Notes under the pieces: model-generated | The model's input: the letters and a program-made list of their open reading frames with translations, nothing else | Told to the model about the DNA's origin: nothing | Database searches by the model: none | Shown: positions 16,153 to 25,369 of the stretch, piece by piece | How the letters are laid out: each line of letters opens with the position of its first letter | Position numbering within the stretch: the first letter of the stretch is position 1 | Position numbers and translations under genes: made by a program | Origin: a virus | Virus genome (UHGV): UHGV-0268713 | DNA: 34,690 nucleotides | Direction: 5' to 3' (one strand)

Positions 16153-16359
16153 ATGTGCATGGGTAGCTCACCGTCAGTGCCTGCAACACCAGAAGTTCAG
16201 GCAGCACCACAGGAGCAGGATGCCGCCGTTGTTGATGCCCGCGACGAAGAAACTCGTCGCCGTCGCGCTGCTGCTGGTCGTAGTTCTACGCTGCTTACCG
16301 GTTCTCAGGGCGACACATCAACCGCTAATACCAGCGGTAAAACGCTGCTTGGTCAGTAA
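16153..16359 (+). CDS. Hypothetical small protein (68 aa)
   Basis: ATG preceded by the 12-nt CGGAGTCATTGA that also precedes the portal start codon; Ala/Arg-rich, low complexity, so coding status is uncertain. Confidence 0.4.
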   Translation: MCMGSSPSVPATPEVQAAPQEQDAAVVDARDEETRRRRAAAGRSSTLLTGSQGDTSTANTSGKTLLGQ

Positions 16360-16373
16360 CCGGAGTCATTGAA

Positions 16374-18053
16374 ATGGCGGAAACAACTAAAGAGCGATTG
16401 AACAAACAGTTCGCACAACTTGAAAGCGAGCGTCAGTCGTTCGAGCCGCACTGGCGCGAGTTGAGTGATTACATCAACCCGCGTGGTTCCCGCTTTCTGA
16501 CTTCTGAGGTCAACCGTAACGATCGACGCAATACACGCATTATTGATTCGACCGGGACTATGGCGGCGCGCACTCTCGCCAGCGGCATGATGTCAGGCAT
16601 CACAAGCCCCGCGCGTCCGTGGTTTCGCCTGGCTACGCCAGATCCTGAAATGATGGATTATGGCCCTGTTAAGTTGTGGCTTGAGGCGGTGCAGAACCGC
16701 ATGAACGATATGTTCAATAAGTCGAATCTCTATCAGTCGCTGCCGCAGTTATACGGAAGCCTCGGCACATACAGCACTGGCGCAATGGCGGTGCTGGAGG
16801 ATGACGAGGACATCATTCGTACAATGCCATTCCCGATAGGAAGTTACTACCTGGCTAACTCACCTCGTGGCAATGTGGACACCTGTTTTCGCAAGTTCTC
16901 TATGACTGTTCGTCAGCTTGTTCAGGAGTTCGGACTAAATAACGTCAGCGAATCCGTAAAAAGCATGTGGGAAAGCGGCACCTACGAGAAGTGGATTGAA
17001 GTGATGCATTCGGTTTACCCGAACATTGACCGCGATACATCGAAGCTGGATAGCAAGAACAAGCCATTCAAATCGGTTTATTACGAGGTTGGTGGCGATA
17101 ACGACAAGTTGTTGCGTGAGTCCGGATTTGATGAGTTTCCAATTATGGCTCCGCGCTGGGAAGTTAATGGCGAAGATGTTTATGGATCATCATGCCCGGG
17201 TATGCTGGCGCTTGGACCTGTTAAGGCATTGCAACTTCTCCAGAAGCGCAAGTCGCAGTTGATTGATAAAGCCACCAATCCGCCGATGGTTGCTCCGACT
17301 TCCCTCAAGAATCAGCGCGCCTCCCTTCTTCCTGGCGACATCACGTATATCGATCAGATTACTGGTCAGGATGGCTTCAGGCCTGCTTATCTGGTTAACC
17401 CCAGTACAGCAGATCTGGTAGCAGACATTCAGGACACTCGTCAAATCATTAACAGCGCCTACTTTGTCGATCTGTTCATGATGTTGCAGAACATCAATAC
17501 CCGCTCGATGCCTGTTGAAGCAGTGATCGAAATGAAAGAAGAAAAACTTCTGATGTTGGGGCCGGTTCTGGAGCGTCTGAACGACGAATGTCTTAATCCT
17601 CTCATTGACCGCGCTTTCTCGATGATGGTGCGTAAAAACATGCTGCCGCCACCGCCTGACGCGATGGAAGGTATGCCCCTGAAGGTCGAATACATTTCCG
17701 TCATGGCTCAGGCGCAGAAGTCTATCGGCCTGTCCAGTCTGGCGTCTACGGTCAACTTCATTGGTCAACTTGCGCAAGCGAAACCAGAAGCTCTCGACAA
17801 ACTCAACGTTGATCAGGCGATCGATGCATTCGCTGATATGTCCGGAGTGTCTCCAACCGTCATTGTTCCGCAGGAACAGGTTGAGCAGGCTCGCCAGCAA
17901 CGGGCACAGCAACAACAGCAGCAACAAATGATGGCGATGGGGATGGCGGCGGCACAGGGTGCCAAGACGCTAAGCGAAGCTAAAACTTCGGATCCGAGTG
18001 TTTTGTCAGCTATGGCGAATGCAGTTAGTGGTCAGGGTGGGCAATCACAATGA
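16374..18053 (+). CDS. Portal (head-to-tail connector) protein, podovirus/T7-like
   Basis: 559 aa; lies after the terminase genes; Gln-rich C-terminal tail; N-terminus consistent with T7-type connector proteins as recalled. Confidence 0.8.
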   Translation: MAETTKERLNKQFAQLESERQSFEPHWRELSDYINPRGSRFLTSEVNRNDRRNTRIIDSTGTMAARTLASGMMSGITSPARPWFRLATPDPEMMDYGPVKLWLEAVQNRMNDMFNKSNLYQSLPQLYGSLGTYSTGAMAVLEDDEDIIRTMPFPIGSYYLANSPRGNVDTCFRKFSMTVRQLVQEFGLNNVSESVKSMWESGTYEKWIEVMHSVYPNIDRDTSKLDSKNKPFKSVYYEVGGDNDKLLRESGFDEFPIMAPRWEVNGEDVYGSSCPGMLALGPVKALQLLQKRKSQLIDKATNPPMVAPTSLKNQRASLLPGDITYIDQITGQDGFRPAYLVNPSTADLVADIQDTRQIINSAYFVDLFMMLQNINTRSMPVEAVIEMKEEKLLMLGPVLERLNDECLNPLIDRAFSMMVRKNMLPPPPDAMEGMPLKVEYISVMAQAQKSIGLSSLASTVNFIGQLAQAKPEALDKLNVDQAIDAFADMSGVSPTVIVPQEQVEQARQQRAQQQQQQQMMAMGMAAAQGAKTLSEAKTSDPSVLSAMANAVSGQGGQSQ

Positions 18054-18346
18054 CAGATTACGAAGACGATCAACTGAAAGAAGAAAACGCCCGTAAGCAA
18101 CGTGACATGGCGCAGCGTGAAATTGATGACATTCGCTTTGTCATGAGCAGTGAACAGGGGCGTCGCGTTGTCTGGTCGGTGCTGGAGAAAGGCCGTGTGT
18201 TTTCCGCTATCTCACCGATGGACGCTATGGCAATGGCATTTAATGAGGGGCAACGCAATCTGGCGCTGGAACTGTTTCAGCGCGTTATGGCGCATTGCCC
18301 TGAACAGTATTTGAAGATGGCCAAAGAGGCCAGTGAACAGGAGTGA
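18050..18346 (+). CDS. Hypothetical head-assembly-region protein
   Basis: 98-aa ORF coupled between the portal and scaffold genes. Confidence 0.55.
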   Translation: MTDYEDDQLKEENARKQRDMAQREIDDIRFVMSSEQGRRVVWSVLEKGRVFSAISPMDAMAMAFNEGQRNLALELFQRVMAHCPEQYLKMAKEASEQE

Positions 18347-19044
18347 TCATGAATTTATTTGAGCGTTTGCTGTATCGCCGTCTTTGCAATGAGCAACCAG
18401 TCGATGGTGGAGCAGCTCCGGCTGCGTCAGAACCGTCAGCGCCTGCAGGTGATAACCCTGCTCCAGTTGGTGATCCATCACAACAGGAAGGTGATAAGCC
18501 ACAACCTGTTGCTGATGGCGATAAACCTGCTGATGACAAAAAGCCTGAAAACGATAAGCAGGATGAAAAAAAGGACGGCGATAAACCAGAGGGTGCGCCT
18601 GAGAAGTACGAGTTTCAGGCTGCCGAAGGCGTAGAGCTGGATACAGAAGCGTTGAAGGAATTCGAGCCGGTGGCGCGAGAACTTAACCTGACCAACGAGC
18701 AAGCGCAAAAGCTGGTTGATGCTTATCCGAAGATTCTGGCAGGTGTTCAGCAGCGCCAGGCAGAAGCCTGGCAGAAAACAACCGAGCAGTGGGCTGCGGA
18801 TGTAAAAGCTGACAAAGAAATCGGTGGCGACAAGTTGATTTCTAACCTTAGCGCCGCACAGCGTGCGCTTGACCAGTTCGGGACACCTGAACTCAAAGAA
18901 TATCTGAACACCACCGGGCTGGGTAATCACCCTGATCTGGTCAAAACGTTCGTGAAAATCGGAAAGGCGATGTCTGAAGATGGCATGGTCACCGGTGGTA
19001 ATGAAGGCCATCGTAGTGCGGCCGAAGTGCTCTATGGCAAATAA
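18343..19044 (+). CDS. Putative scaffolding protein
   Basis: 233 aa, acidic and Pro/Asp/Lys-rich, predicted helical; located between portal and major capsid genes. Confidence 0.55.
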   Translation: MIMNLFERLLYRRLCNEQPVDGGAAPAASEPSAPAGDNPAPVGDPSQQEGDKPQPVADGDKPADDKKPENDKQDEKKDGDKPEGAPEKYEFQAAEGVELDTEALKEFEPVARELNLTNEQAQKLVDAYPKILAGVQQRQAEAWQKTTEQWAADVKADKEIGGDKLISNLSAAQRALDQFGTPELKEYLNTTGLGNHPDLVKTFVKIGKAMSEDGMVTGGNEGHRSAAEVLYGK

Positions 19045-19052
19045 GAGAGGAA

Positions 19053-20045
19053 ATGACAATGGCTGTTAAAGGCTTAACTGCGCTAACGCTGGCTGACTGG
19101 GGTAAGCGCGTCGATCCAAACGGGAAAGTCGATAAGATTATCGAGCTTCTCAGTCAAACTAACCCAATCCTTCAGGATATGCCTTTTGTTGAAGGAAACC
19201 TTCCTACCGGACACCGAACCACCATTCGTTCTGGTTTACCTTCCGCTACCTGGCGTTTGCTGAACTATGGCGTACAACCGAGCAAATCAACAACGGTGCA
19301 GGTCACTGATTCCATTGGCATGCTGGAAACCTATGCTGAAGTCGATAAGTCACTGGCTGATCTGAACGGCAATACCGCTGAATTCCGCCTGTCTGAAGAC
19401 CGCGCATTTATTGAAGCGATGAATCAGCAGATGGCGCAGACGCTGTTTTATGGTGATTCCAGCGTTAACCCTCAGCAGTTTATGGGACTGTCCTCCCGCT
19501 ATTCCAGCCTGTCTGCGGGTAATGCTCAGAACATCATTGATGCTGGTGGCACGGGTACAGATAACACCTCAATCTGGTTAGTGGTGTGGGGCGAAAACAC
19601 CGTGCATGGCATCTTCCCGAAAGGGCAGAAGGCTGGCATCCAGATGGAAGATAAAGGCCAGGTGACACTGGAAGATGCTAATGGCGGCAAGTACGAAGGC
19701 TATCGCACCCATTACAAATGGGACAACGGACTTGCTCTGCGTGACTGGCGTTATGTTGTTCGCATTGCAAACATCGATGTCAGCAATCTTTCAGAACCTT
19801 CCTCTGCCACAAATATTGCGAAGTTGATGGTTAAAGCACTGCATCGCATTCCAAACCGTGGAATGGGTCGCCCGGTGTTCTACATGAACCGCACTGTAGG
19901 CCAGGCTCTTGATCTGCAATCTCTGGAGAAAACATCTCTGGCGATCAGCGTAAAAGAGACAGAAGGCGAGTGGTGGACTTCATTCCGTGGTGTACCAATC
20001 CGTGAAACTGATGCGCTTCTGGAAACAGAATCCCGTGTGGTGTAA
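19053..20045 (+). CDS. Major capsid protein
   Basis: 330 aa, directly after the scaffold gene; the true start may be the ATG at 19059, which has better Shine-Dalgarno spacing. Confidence 0.75.
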   Translation: MTMAVKGLTALTLADWGKRVDPNGKVDKIIELLSQTNPILQDMPFVEGNLPTGHRTTIRSGLPSATWRLLNYGVQPSKSTTVQVTDSIGMLETYAEVDKSLADLNGNTAEFRLSEDRAFIEAMNQQMAQTLFYGDSSVNPQQFMGLSSRYSSLSAGNAQNIIDAGGTGTDNTSIWLVVWGENTVHGIFPKGQKAGIQMEDKGQVTLEDANGGKYEGYRTHYKWDNGLALRDWRYVVRIANIDVSNLSEPSSATNIAKLMVKALHRIPNRGMGRPVFYMNRTVGQALDLQSLEKTSLAISVKETEGEWWTSFRGVPIRETDALLETESRVV

Positions 20046-20096
20046 CGCCTGTTATTAACCAGTGGGTCGTAACAGACCCACTAATGGAGAAAGAAG

Positions 20097-20534
20097 ATGA
20101 TCACCGACAAACTGTTGATGTTCTCCGAAGCACAGGCGGTAACTGATACCGCGGCTTCTACTGACGTAATCGATCTTGGTCCAATTGATGGAAATCGTCG
20201 CGATATCGGCGTGGGTTACCCGCTTGAGTTTTGGGCGCTGGTTAACGAAGCCGCCACGGCAAGTGGTGAGGCAACTGTAAACATCCAGTTGCAGACGAGT
20301 GAGAATAACAGCTCTTGGACCACTATTTATGATAGTGGTGCGTTGGCAAAGGCCACCATGACTGCAGGTAAACGTGTTGTTTCTGCAAAGGTGCCTGCCG
20401 GTGTTCAGCGATATCTGCGTGTTAACTACTCCGTCGCAACTGGCCCACTAACGGCCGGCAAATTCACTGCTGGTATCAGTCTTGATGTTGATGCCAATAC
20501 GCCGTATCCGATCCGCTCAAAAGTAACTGGTTAA
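20097..20534 (+). CDS. Virion structural protein (possible capsid decoration or accessory protein)
   Basis: 145 aa immediately after the capsid gene; composition suggests a beta-rich protein. Confidence 0.5.
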   Translation: MITDKLLMFSEAQAVTDTAASTDVIDLGPIDGNRRDIGVGYPLEFWALVNEAATASGEATVNIQLQTSENNSSWTTIYDSGALAKATMTAGKRVVSAKVPAGVQRYLRVNYSVATGPLTAGKFTAGISLDVDANTPYPIRSKVTG

Positions 20535-20535
20535 G

Positions 20536-20880
20536 GTGATATCGATGTCTGGTGAGAAACCAAGATACCGCGTTCTGCGCCTCTCTCATATCCATAACAC
20601 TCTGTGGCCGGAGGGGGCAGAAATCGAATACGAAGGTGAGCCTGGTAGCGCACTGGAACCTGTTAACGATGCAGCCAGACAGGCAAAAGCAAAAGTTGCA
20701 GGAAAGGTGTCAATGGCAACAACCAGCACCAAAATCATCAACGATGTGTCAGATGATGGTGAACTGGATAAGCTCCGTGAAGAGTACGAATTGCTCTTTA
20801 ACGAGAAGCCACACCATAACGCCAAAGCCGAAACGCTCCGCGAGAAGATCGCAGATAAGCGTAAAGAACTGGGCGTGTAA
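20536..20880 (+). CDS. Hypothetical structural-module protein
   Basis: 114-aa ORF adjacent to the previous gene. Confidence 0.5.
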   Translation: MISMSGEKPRYRVLRLSHIHNTLWPEGAEIEYEGEPGSALEPVNDAARQAKAKVAGKVSMATTSTKIINDVSDDGELDKLREEYELLFNEKPHHNAKAETLREKIADKRKELGV

Positions 20881-20896
20881 GCCTCGCGGATCAGAC

Positions 20897-20919
20897 AAGG
20901 GGCTTCGGCCCCTTTATTG
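20897..20919 (+). terminator. Terminator-like hairpin inside the structural operon
   Basis: AAGGGGC-TTCG-GCCCCTT followed by TATTG. Confidence 0.5.
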
Positions 20920-20930
20920 CAGGAGTGTAT

Positions 20931-21266
20931 ATGGAACTCGTAAACCTCAAAACCGGCACTGACAGCTACCAGGATGAGAGCGGAGAAACCAGAACTCGCG
21001 ATGAATACCCGTGGGGGCTGTGCATCACTCTTAATAACGACACATTGAATAAGCTGAAGGCGCAACCTCAGGGCGTCGGAACAGAAGTGATGATAACTGC
21101 AAAAGCTGTTATTCGAGGCCTGTCTGCCAGAGAAACTGACGATGGTGTTAATCGCAGCGCCGATCTGCAGATCACTGATATGGCGATCGCTCCTGTTTCC
21201 GGGAATGTAGAAAAATCAGCGGCTGAAACCCTGTACGGCAATGGGGGTGAGCAATGGCCTCTATAG
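20931..21266 (+). CDS. Hypothetical structural-module protein
   Basis: ATG at 20931 with an AGGAG Shine-Dalgarno; 111 aa. Confidence 0.5.
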   Translation: MELVNLKTGTDSYQDESGETRTRDEYPWGLCITLNNDTLNKLKAQPQGVGTEVMITAKAVIRGLSARETDDGVNRSADLQITDMAIAPVSGNVEKSAAETLYGNGGEQWPL

Positions 21267-21859
21267 TAGAGATCTGCAATCGTGCGCTGTCCAATATTGG
21301 CAACAGCCGCAGCATTAACAGCCTGACGGAAGCCAGCAAGGAAGCGGGGGAATGTTCGCTGCACTTTGAGGCCTGCCGTGATGCTGTTCTTTCTGATTTT
21401 GACTGGAACTTTGCTACCAAACGCGTGGCGCTTGCAGATACGAGCAATCCACCGCCTGACTGGGAATATGCGTACCAGTACCCGTCCGATTGTCTGCGCA
21501 TTACTGAAATTATGCTTCCTGGTGTACGTAATCCAACAGCAGCAATGCGCGTTCAGTACGAAGTTGGTGCAGACACCAACGGAACAGGAAAATTGATCTA
21601 CACAGACCAGCCGCAGGCATGGCTCAAGTATGTCTCTCGCGTTACAGATGTGAACATGTTTGATGCCATTTTTATGGAGGCGCTGGCCTGGCGTCTTGCG
21701 GCAGCTATTAACATGGCGCTGACTGGGAATGCAGACCTCGGTACGTTTGCCCTCAATATGTACAATCGCGTGATTATTAGTGCTGGCTCGCATAGCCAGA
21801 ATGAATCACAGGAACCACAGCCACCGGTTGATGAGTTTACCATTGCGAGGTTGTCCTGA
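21254..21859 (+). CDS. Tail adaptor, tubular protein A-like (T7 gp11-like)
   Basis: 201 aa; the N-terminal pattern ICNRALSNIGNS...SLTEA...FDWNFA resembles T7 gp11 as recalled; lies immediately upstream of the large nozzle-like protein. Confidence 0.5.
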   Translation: MASIVEICNRALSNIGNSRSINSLTEASKEAGECSLHFEACRDAVLSDFDWNFATKRVALADTSNPPPDWEYAYQYPSDCLRITEIMLPGVRNPTAAMRVQYEVGADTNGTGKLIYTDQPQAWLKYVSRVTDVNMFDAIFMEALAWRLAAAINMALTGNADLGTFALNMYNRVIISAGSHSQNESQEPQPPVDEFTIARLS

Positions 21860-24330
21860 TGGCTATCAGTTGGATCCAGCCCAGCTTTGCTGGTGGTGAG
21901 ATTGGACCGTCGTTGTACGGACGTATCGACATGGCGAAGTACCAGGTGGCATTGCGCAAGTGCGATAATTTTATCGTGCGGCAGTATGGCGGCGTTGAGA
22001 ATCGACCTGGTACGCGTTTTGTCGGTGCCGCCAAATACCCAAATCGGAAATGCCGTCTGATCCCGTTCCAGTTCTCGACGGTTCAGACTTATGCTCTGGA
22101 GTTCGGACACCAGTACATGCGCGTTATCAAAGATGGTGCGTTGGTGCTGAACAGCAGCAATGTTATTTATGAAATTGCCACGCCATATACTGAAGCCGAT
22201 CTGTTCCGAATTAAATTCACGCAAAGCGCAGACGTGCTTACGCTGGTTCATCCGGCATACCCGCCGAAAGAGTTGCGTCGCTATGCGCATGACAACTGGC
22301 AACTGGTTGATGTGGTAACGAAGAACGGGCCATTTGAAGATATCAATATTGACGAGTCAGTGACGGTTTATGCCAGCGCCAGCACCGGGACAATTACGTT
22401 AACGGCAAGCGCCTCTATTTTTGGCGCGGAGCAGGTAGGCAAATTATTCTATCTGGAACAGCCTGCAGTGGATTCAGTGCCGGTATGGGAAACCAGTAAG
22501 AGTACGTCGATTGGCGATATTCGCCGTGCAGACAGTAACTACTATCGCGCCGTTACAGCAGGCAAAACAGGTACTTTGCGCCCTTCGCATACAGAAGGCA
22601 CATCATGGGATGGCTGGGGCGGATCCGGTGATGATGATACTGGCATTGAGTGGGAGTATCTGCACAGTGGTTTTGGCATTGCCCGTATCACTGCTGCAAA
22701 TGGCACTACTGCAACTGCTGAGGTGATTTCCTATATCCCTTCGCAGGTCGTTGGCGAGGATAATGCCAGCTATAAATGGGCTAAATATGCCTGGAACAGT
22801 GTTAATGGTTATCCTGGCACTGTTGTTTATTATCAACAACGTCTTTACTTCGCCGCATCGACTGCGTTCCCTCAGACTATCTGGGCCAGCCGTACCGGGG
22901 ATTATAAGGATTTTGGCAAAAGCAATCCTACGCAGGATGACGACAGAATTATCTACACCTATGCCGGGCGTCAGGTTAATGAGATCCGTCACCTGATTGA
23001 TGTTGGTTCGCTGGTGGCGCTGACTTCCGGAGGTGAGTACGTCATCACCGGCGACCAGAACAAAGTGTTAACCCCATCATCATTTGCATTCAGCTCTCAG
23101 GGATCAAATGGCTCAAGCAACGTCCCGCCAATTGCCGTGGCGAATATTGCTCTGTTCGTCCAGGAGAAAGGCAGCGTTGTCCGTGATCTGGCCTACTCAT
23201 TCGATGTTGACGGCTATCAGGGGAACGACCTGACCATCCTTGCCAATCATCTTTTTCAGAAGCACAGCATTGTTGACTGGTGCTTCTCTATTGTCCCTTA
23301 CTCCAGCGCCTTCTGCATTCGTGATGACGGTAAATTACTGGTGATGACCTATTTGCGTGATCAGCAGGTTTTTGCATGGGCACCACAATCCAGTACCGGG
23401 AAATATGAAAGCACATGCAGTATCAGCGAAGGCAATGAAGATGCGGTGTATTTCGTCGTTAACCGAACCGTTAACGGGCAAACAGTGAGATACATCGAGC
23501 GACTGTCCAGCCGTTTATTTACCAGCGATGAAGATGCTTTCTTTGTTGATTCTGGCCTTAGCTATGATGGAAGAAATACGTCTGACAGAACGATGATCAT
23601 CACTGGTGGTTCTGGCGAATGGGATTACCGCGAGGAATATACAATCAGTGTTTCTGGTGGTGCGTACTTCACCAGTAGTGATGTCGGTGCTCAACTACAG
23701 TTCCCTTATACCGGAACTGATCCTGATACTGGCGATGAAGTGTCAAAAGAATTACGTTGCGACATCATTTCTGTAACCAGCAATACCGCTGTAGTGGTTC
23801 GTGCTAACAGGAACGTCCCGCCACCCCTCAGGAATGTGGCTACCACGAACTGGCAGATGGCGCGCCGGACATTTGGAGGCCTGTCTCATCTTGAAGGCCA
23901 GACCGTAAACATTCTCTCTGATGCGAACGTGGAACCACAGAAAGTGGTTTCCGGAGGTGCCGTCACGCTGGAATCACCTGGGGCTGTTGTGCACATCGGC
24001 CTGCCAATAACTGCTGAATTCGAAACACTGGATATCAACATTAACGGACAGGAAACGCTGCTGGACAAAAAACAGGTGATCCCATCCGTTACTCTGGTTG
24101 TGAATGCCAGCCGCGGCATCTGGGCGACTACGCCCGGCGGTAAATGGTACGAATATCCACAGCGTGAATTCGAGTTCTACGATGATCCTGTTGATGATGC
24201 TACCGGAAAAGTAGAAGTGAAACTGGACAGTAACTGGGGCAAAAACGGACGTGTAAAAATCCGTCAGCTTGACCCGTTGCCGCTGTCTGTTCTTGCCGTT
24301 ATTCCTCGCCTTACTGTTGGGGGATTCTGA
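21859..24330 (+). CDS. Tail nozzle, tubular protein B-like (T7 gp12-like)
   Basis: 823 aa; size and position match T7 gp12; N-terminus MAISWIQPSFAGGEIGPSLYGRID parallels the gp12 N-terminus. Confidence 0.55.
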   Translation: MAISWIQPSFAGGEIGPSLYGRIDMAKYQVALRKCDNFIVRQYGGVENRPGTRFVGAAKYPNRKCRLIPFQFSTVQTYALEFGHQYMRVIKDGALVLNSSNVIYEIATPYTEADLFRIKFTQSADVLTLVHPAYPPKELRRYAHDNWQLVDVVTKNGPFEDINIDESVTVYASASTGTITLTASASIFGAEQVGKLFYLEQPAVDSVPVWETSKSTSIGDIRRADSNYYRAVTAGKTGTLRPSHTEGTSWDGWGGSGDDDTGIEWEYLHSGFGIARITAANGTTATAEVISYIPSQVVGEDNASYKWAKYAWNSVNGYPGTVVYYQQRLYFAASTAFPQTIWASRTGDYKDFGKSNPTQDDDRIIYTYAGRQVNEIRHLIDVGSLVALTSGGEYVITGDQNKVLTPSSFAFSSQGSNGSSNVPPIAVANIALFVQEKGSVVRDLAYSFDVDGYQGNDLTILANHLFQKHSIVDWCFSIVPYSSAFCIRDDGKLLVMTYLRDQQVFAWAPQSSTGKYESTCSISEGNEDAVYFVVNRTVNGQTVRYIERLSSRLFTSDEDAFFVDSGLSYDGRNTSDRTMIITGGSGEWDYREEYTISVSGGAYFTSSDVGAQLQFPYTGTDPDTGDEVSKELRCDIISVTSNTAVVVRANRNVPPPLRNVATTNWQMARRTFGGLSHLEGQTVNILSDANVEPQKVVSGGAVTLESPGAVVHIGLPITAEFETLDININGQETLLDKKQVIPSVTLVVNASRGIWATTPGGKWYEYPQREFEFYDDPVDDATGKVEVKLDSNWGKNGRVKIRQLDPLPLSVLAVIPRLTVGGF

Positions 24331-24794
24331 TGATCGATGTTCAAATTATTCCCGCAACCGAAGAGCATCTTCAGATGATTTTGCCGGATGTTCGTCAGGC
24401 TGATATTGACGAACTGTATGCGGTATCGCTGATGACTACCGAAGATGCACTGCATGTTGGTCTGCGTACTGCGACTATGGCCTGGTCAGGATTTGCGAAC
24501 GGAGAACTGGTAACCATGTTTGGCGTATCTCCGGCGTCAATGATCGGTGGCAATGGTACGCCCTGGCTGGTCGGGACCAGCCGTATTGAAAAATATCAGA
24601 AGACATTTCTTAGCCACTGCAGACCTGTATTGCAGCAGATGCTGGCAGTTTATCCGCGCCTGGAAAACTACGTCGACGAGCGAAACCATATTGCCAAAGC
24701 ATGGCTGCACTGGCTTGGATTCAGGCTTGAAGAAGCCGCGCCTTATGGTGCTCTTGGTCTTAATTTCCACAGATTTCACATGGAGAGAAAATAA
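24330..24794 (+). CDS. Internal virion or assembly protein (gp13-like position)
   Basis: 154-aa ORF coupled between the nozzle and internal-core genes. Confidence 0.5.
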   Translation: MIDVQIIPATEEHLQMILPDVRQADIDELYAVSLMTTEDALHVGLRTATMAWSGFANGELVTMFGVSPASMIGGNGTPWLVGTSRIEKYQKTFLSHCRPVLQQMLAVYPRLENYVDERNHIAKAWLHWLGFRLEEAAPYGALGLNFHRFHMERK

Positions 24795-25369
24795 TGTGCG
24801 ATCCGGTTATTGCTGGTGGCGCAATGCTCGCCATGAGTGGCATTCAGGCATACACCCAGTACCAACAGGGAAAGTATGCCTCGAAGGTTGCAGAAGCGAA
24901 CGCAGATATAGCCACTGCTCAGGCAAATGATGCAATAAACAGAGGTAACGCTGAAGCTGAGCAACGGCGCAGAGAGACCCGACAGCGGCTTGGTACACAG
25001 GCGGCGACAATGGGGGCTACCGGCGCTGATTTATCTACAGGTAACGCGCTGGATATATTTGGTGACACTGCTCAGTTTGGCGCTCTTGATGCGCTGACGA
25101 CGGTGAATAACGCGCAACGCGAGGCTTACGGTTATCAGGTTCAGGCTGCCAACTATAAAGCAGAAGCCAGTTCAGCCCGTAAACAGGGGAATGTGGGAGC
25201 AGCAACAACTTTGCTCACTGCGCCTCTGAAGGCATACGGTGCGTACCAGATGTTTGGTGGGACGTGGAGTCCGTTCTCTAAAGGAAGTACATCTAGTGGT
25301 GGGACGCCAATGTTATCTAACTCAGGTTTTATGAATTCTGACTCCCGATTCAAAATAGGAGGTTACTGA
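24794..25369 (+). CDS. Internal virion protein (gp14-like position)
   Basis: 191 aa, Ala/Gly/Gln-rich, typical composition for podovirus core proteins. Confidence 0.5.
   Translation: MCDPVIAGGAMLAMSGIQAYTQYQQGKYASKVAEANADIATAQANDAINRGNAEAEQRRRETRQRLGTQAATMGATGADLSTGNALDIFGDTAQFGALDALTTVNNAQREAYGYQVQAANYKAEASSARKQGNVGAATTLLTAPLKAYGAYQMFGGTWSPFSKGSTSSGGTPMLSNSGFMNSDSRFKIGGY

Noticed and set aside
17190-17927. 245-aa minus-strand ORF inside the portal gene
   Set aside because: Entirely antisense to a well-supported portal CDS, with Leu/Arg-rich composition typical of antisense frames and no ribosome-binding site.
21068-22302. Two minus-strand ORFs of 241 and 234 aa overlapping the tail adaptor and nozzle genes
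   Set aside because: Antisense to the confidently placed plus-strand structural genes; Arg/Cys-rich composition suggests non-coding frames.
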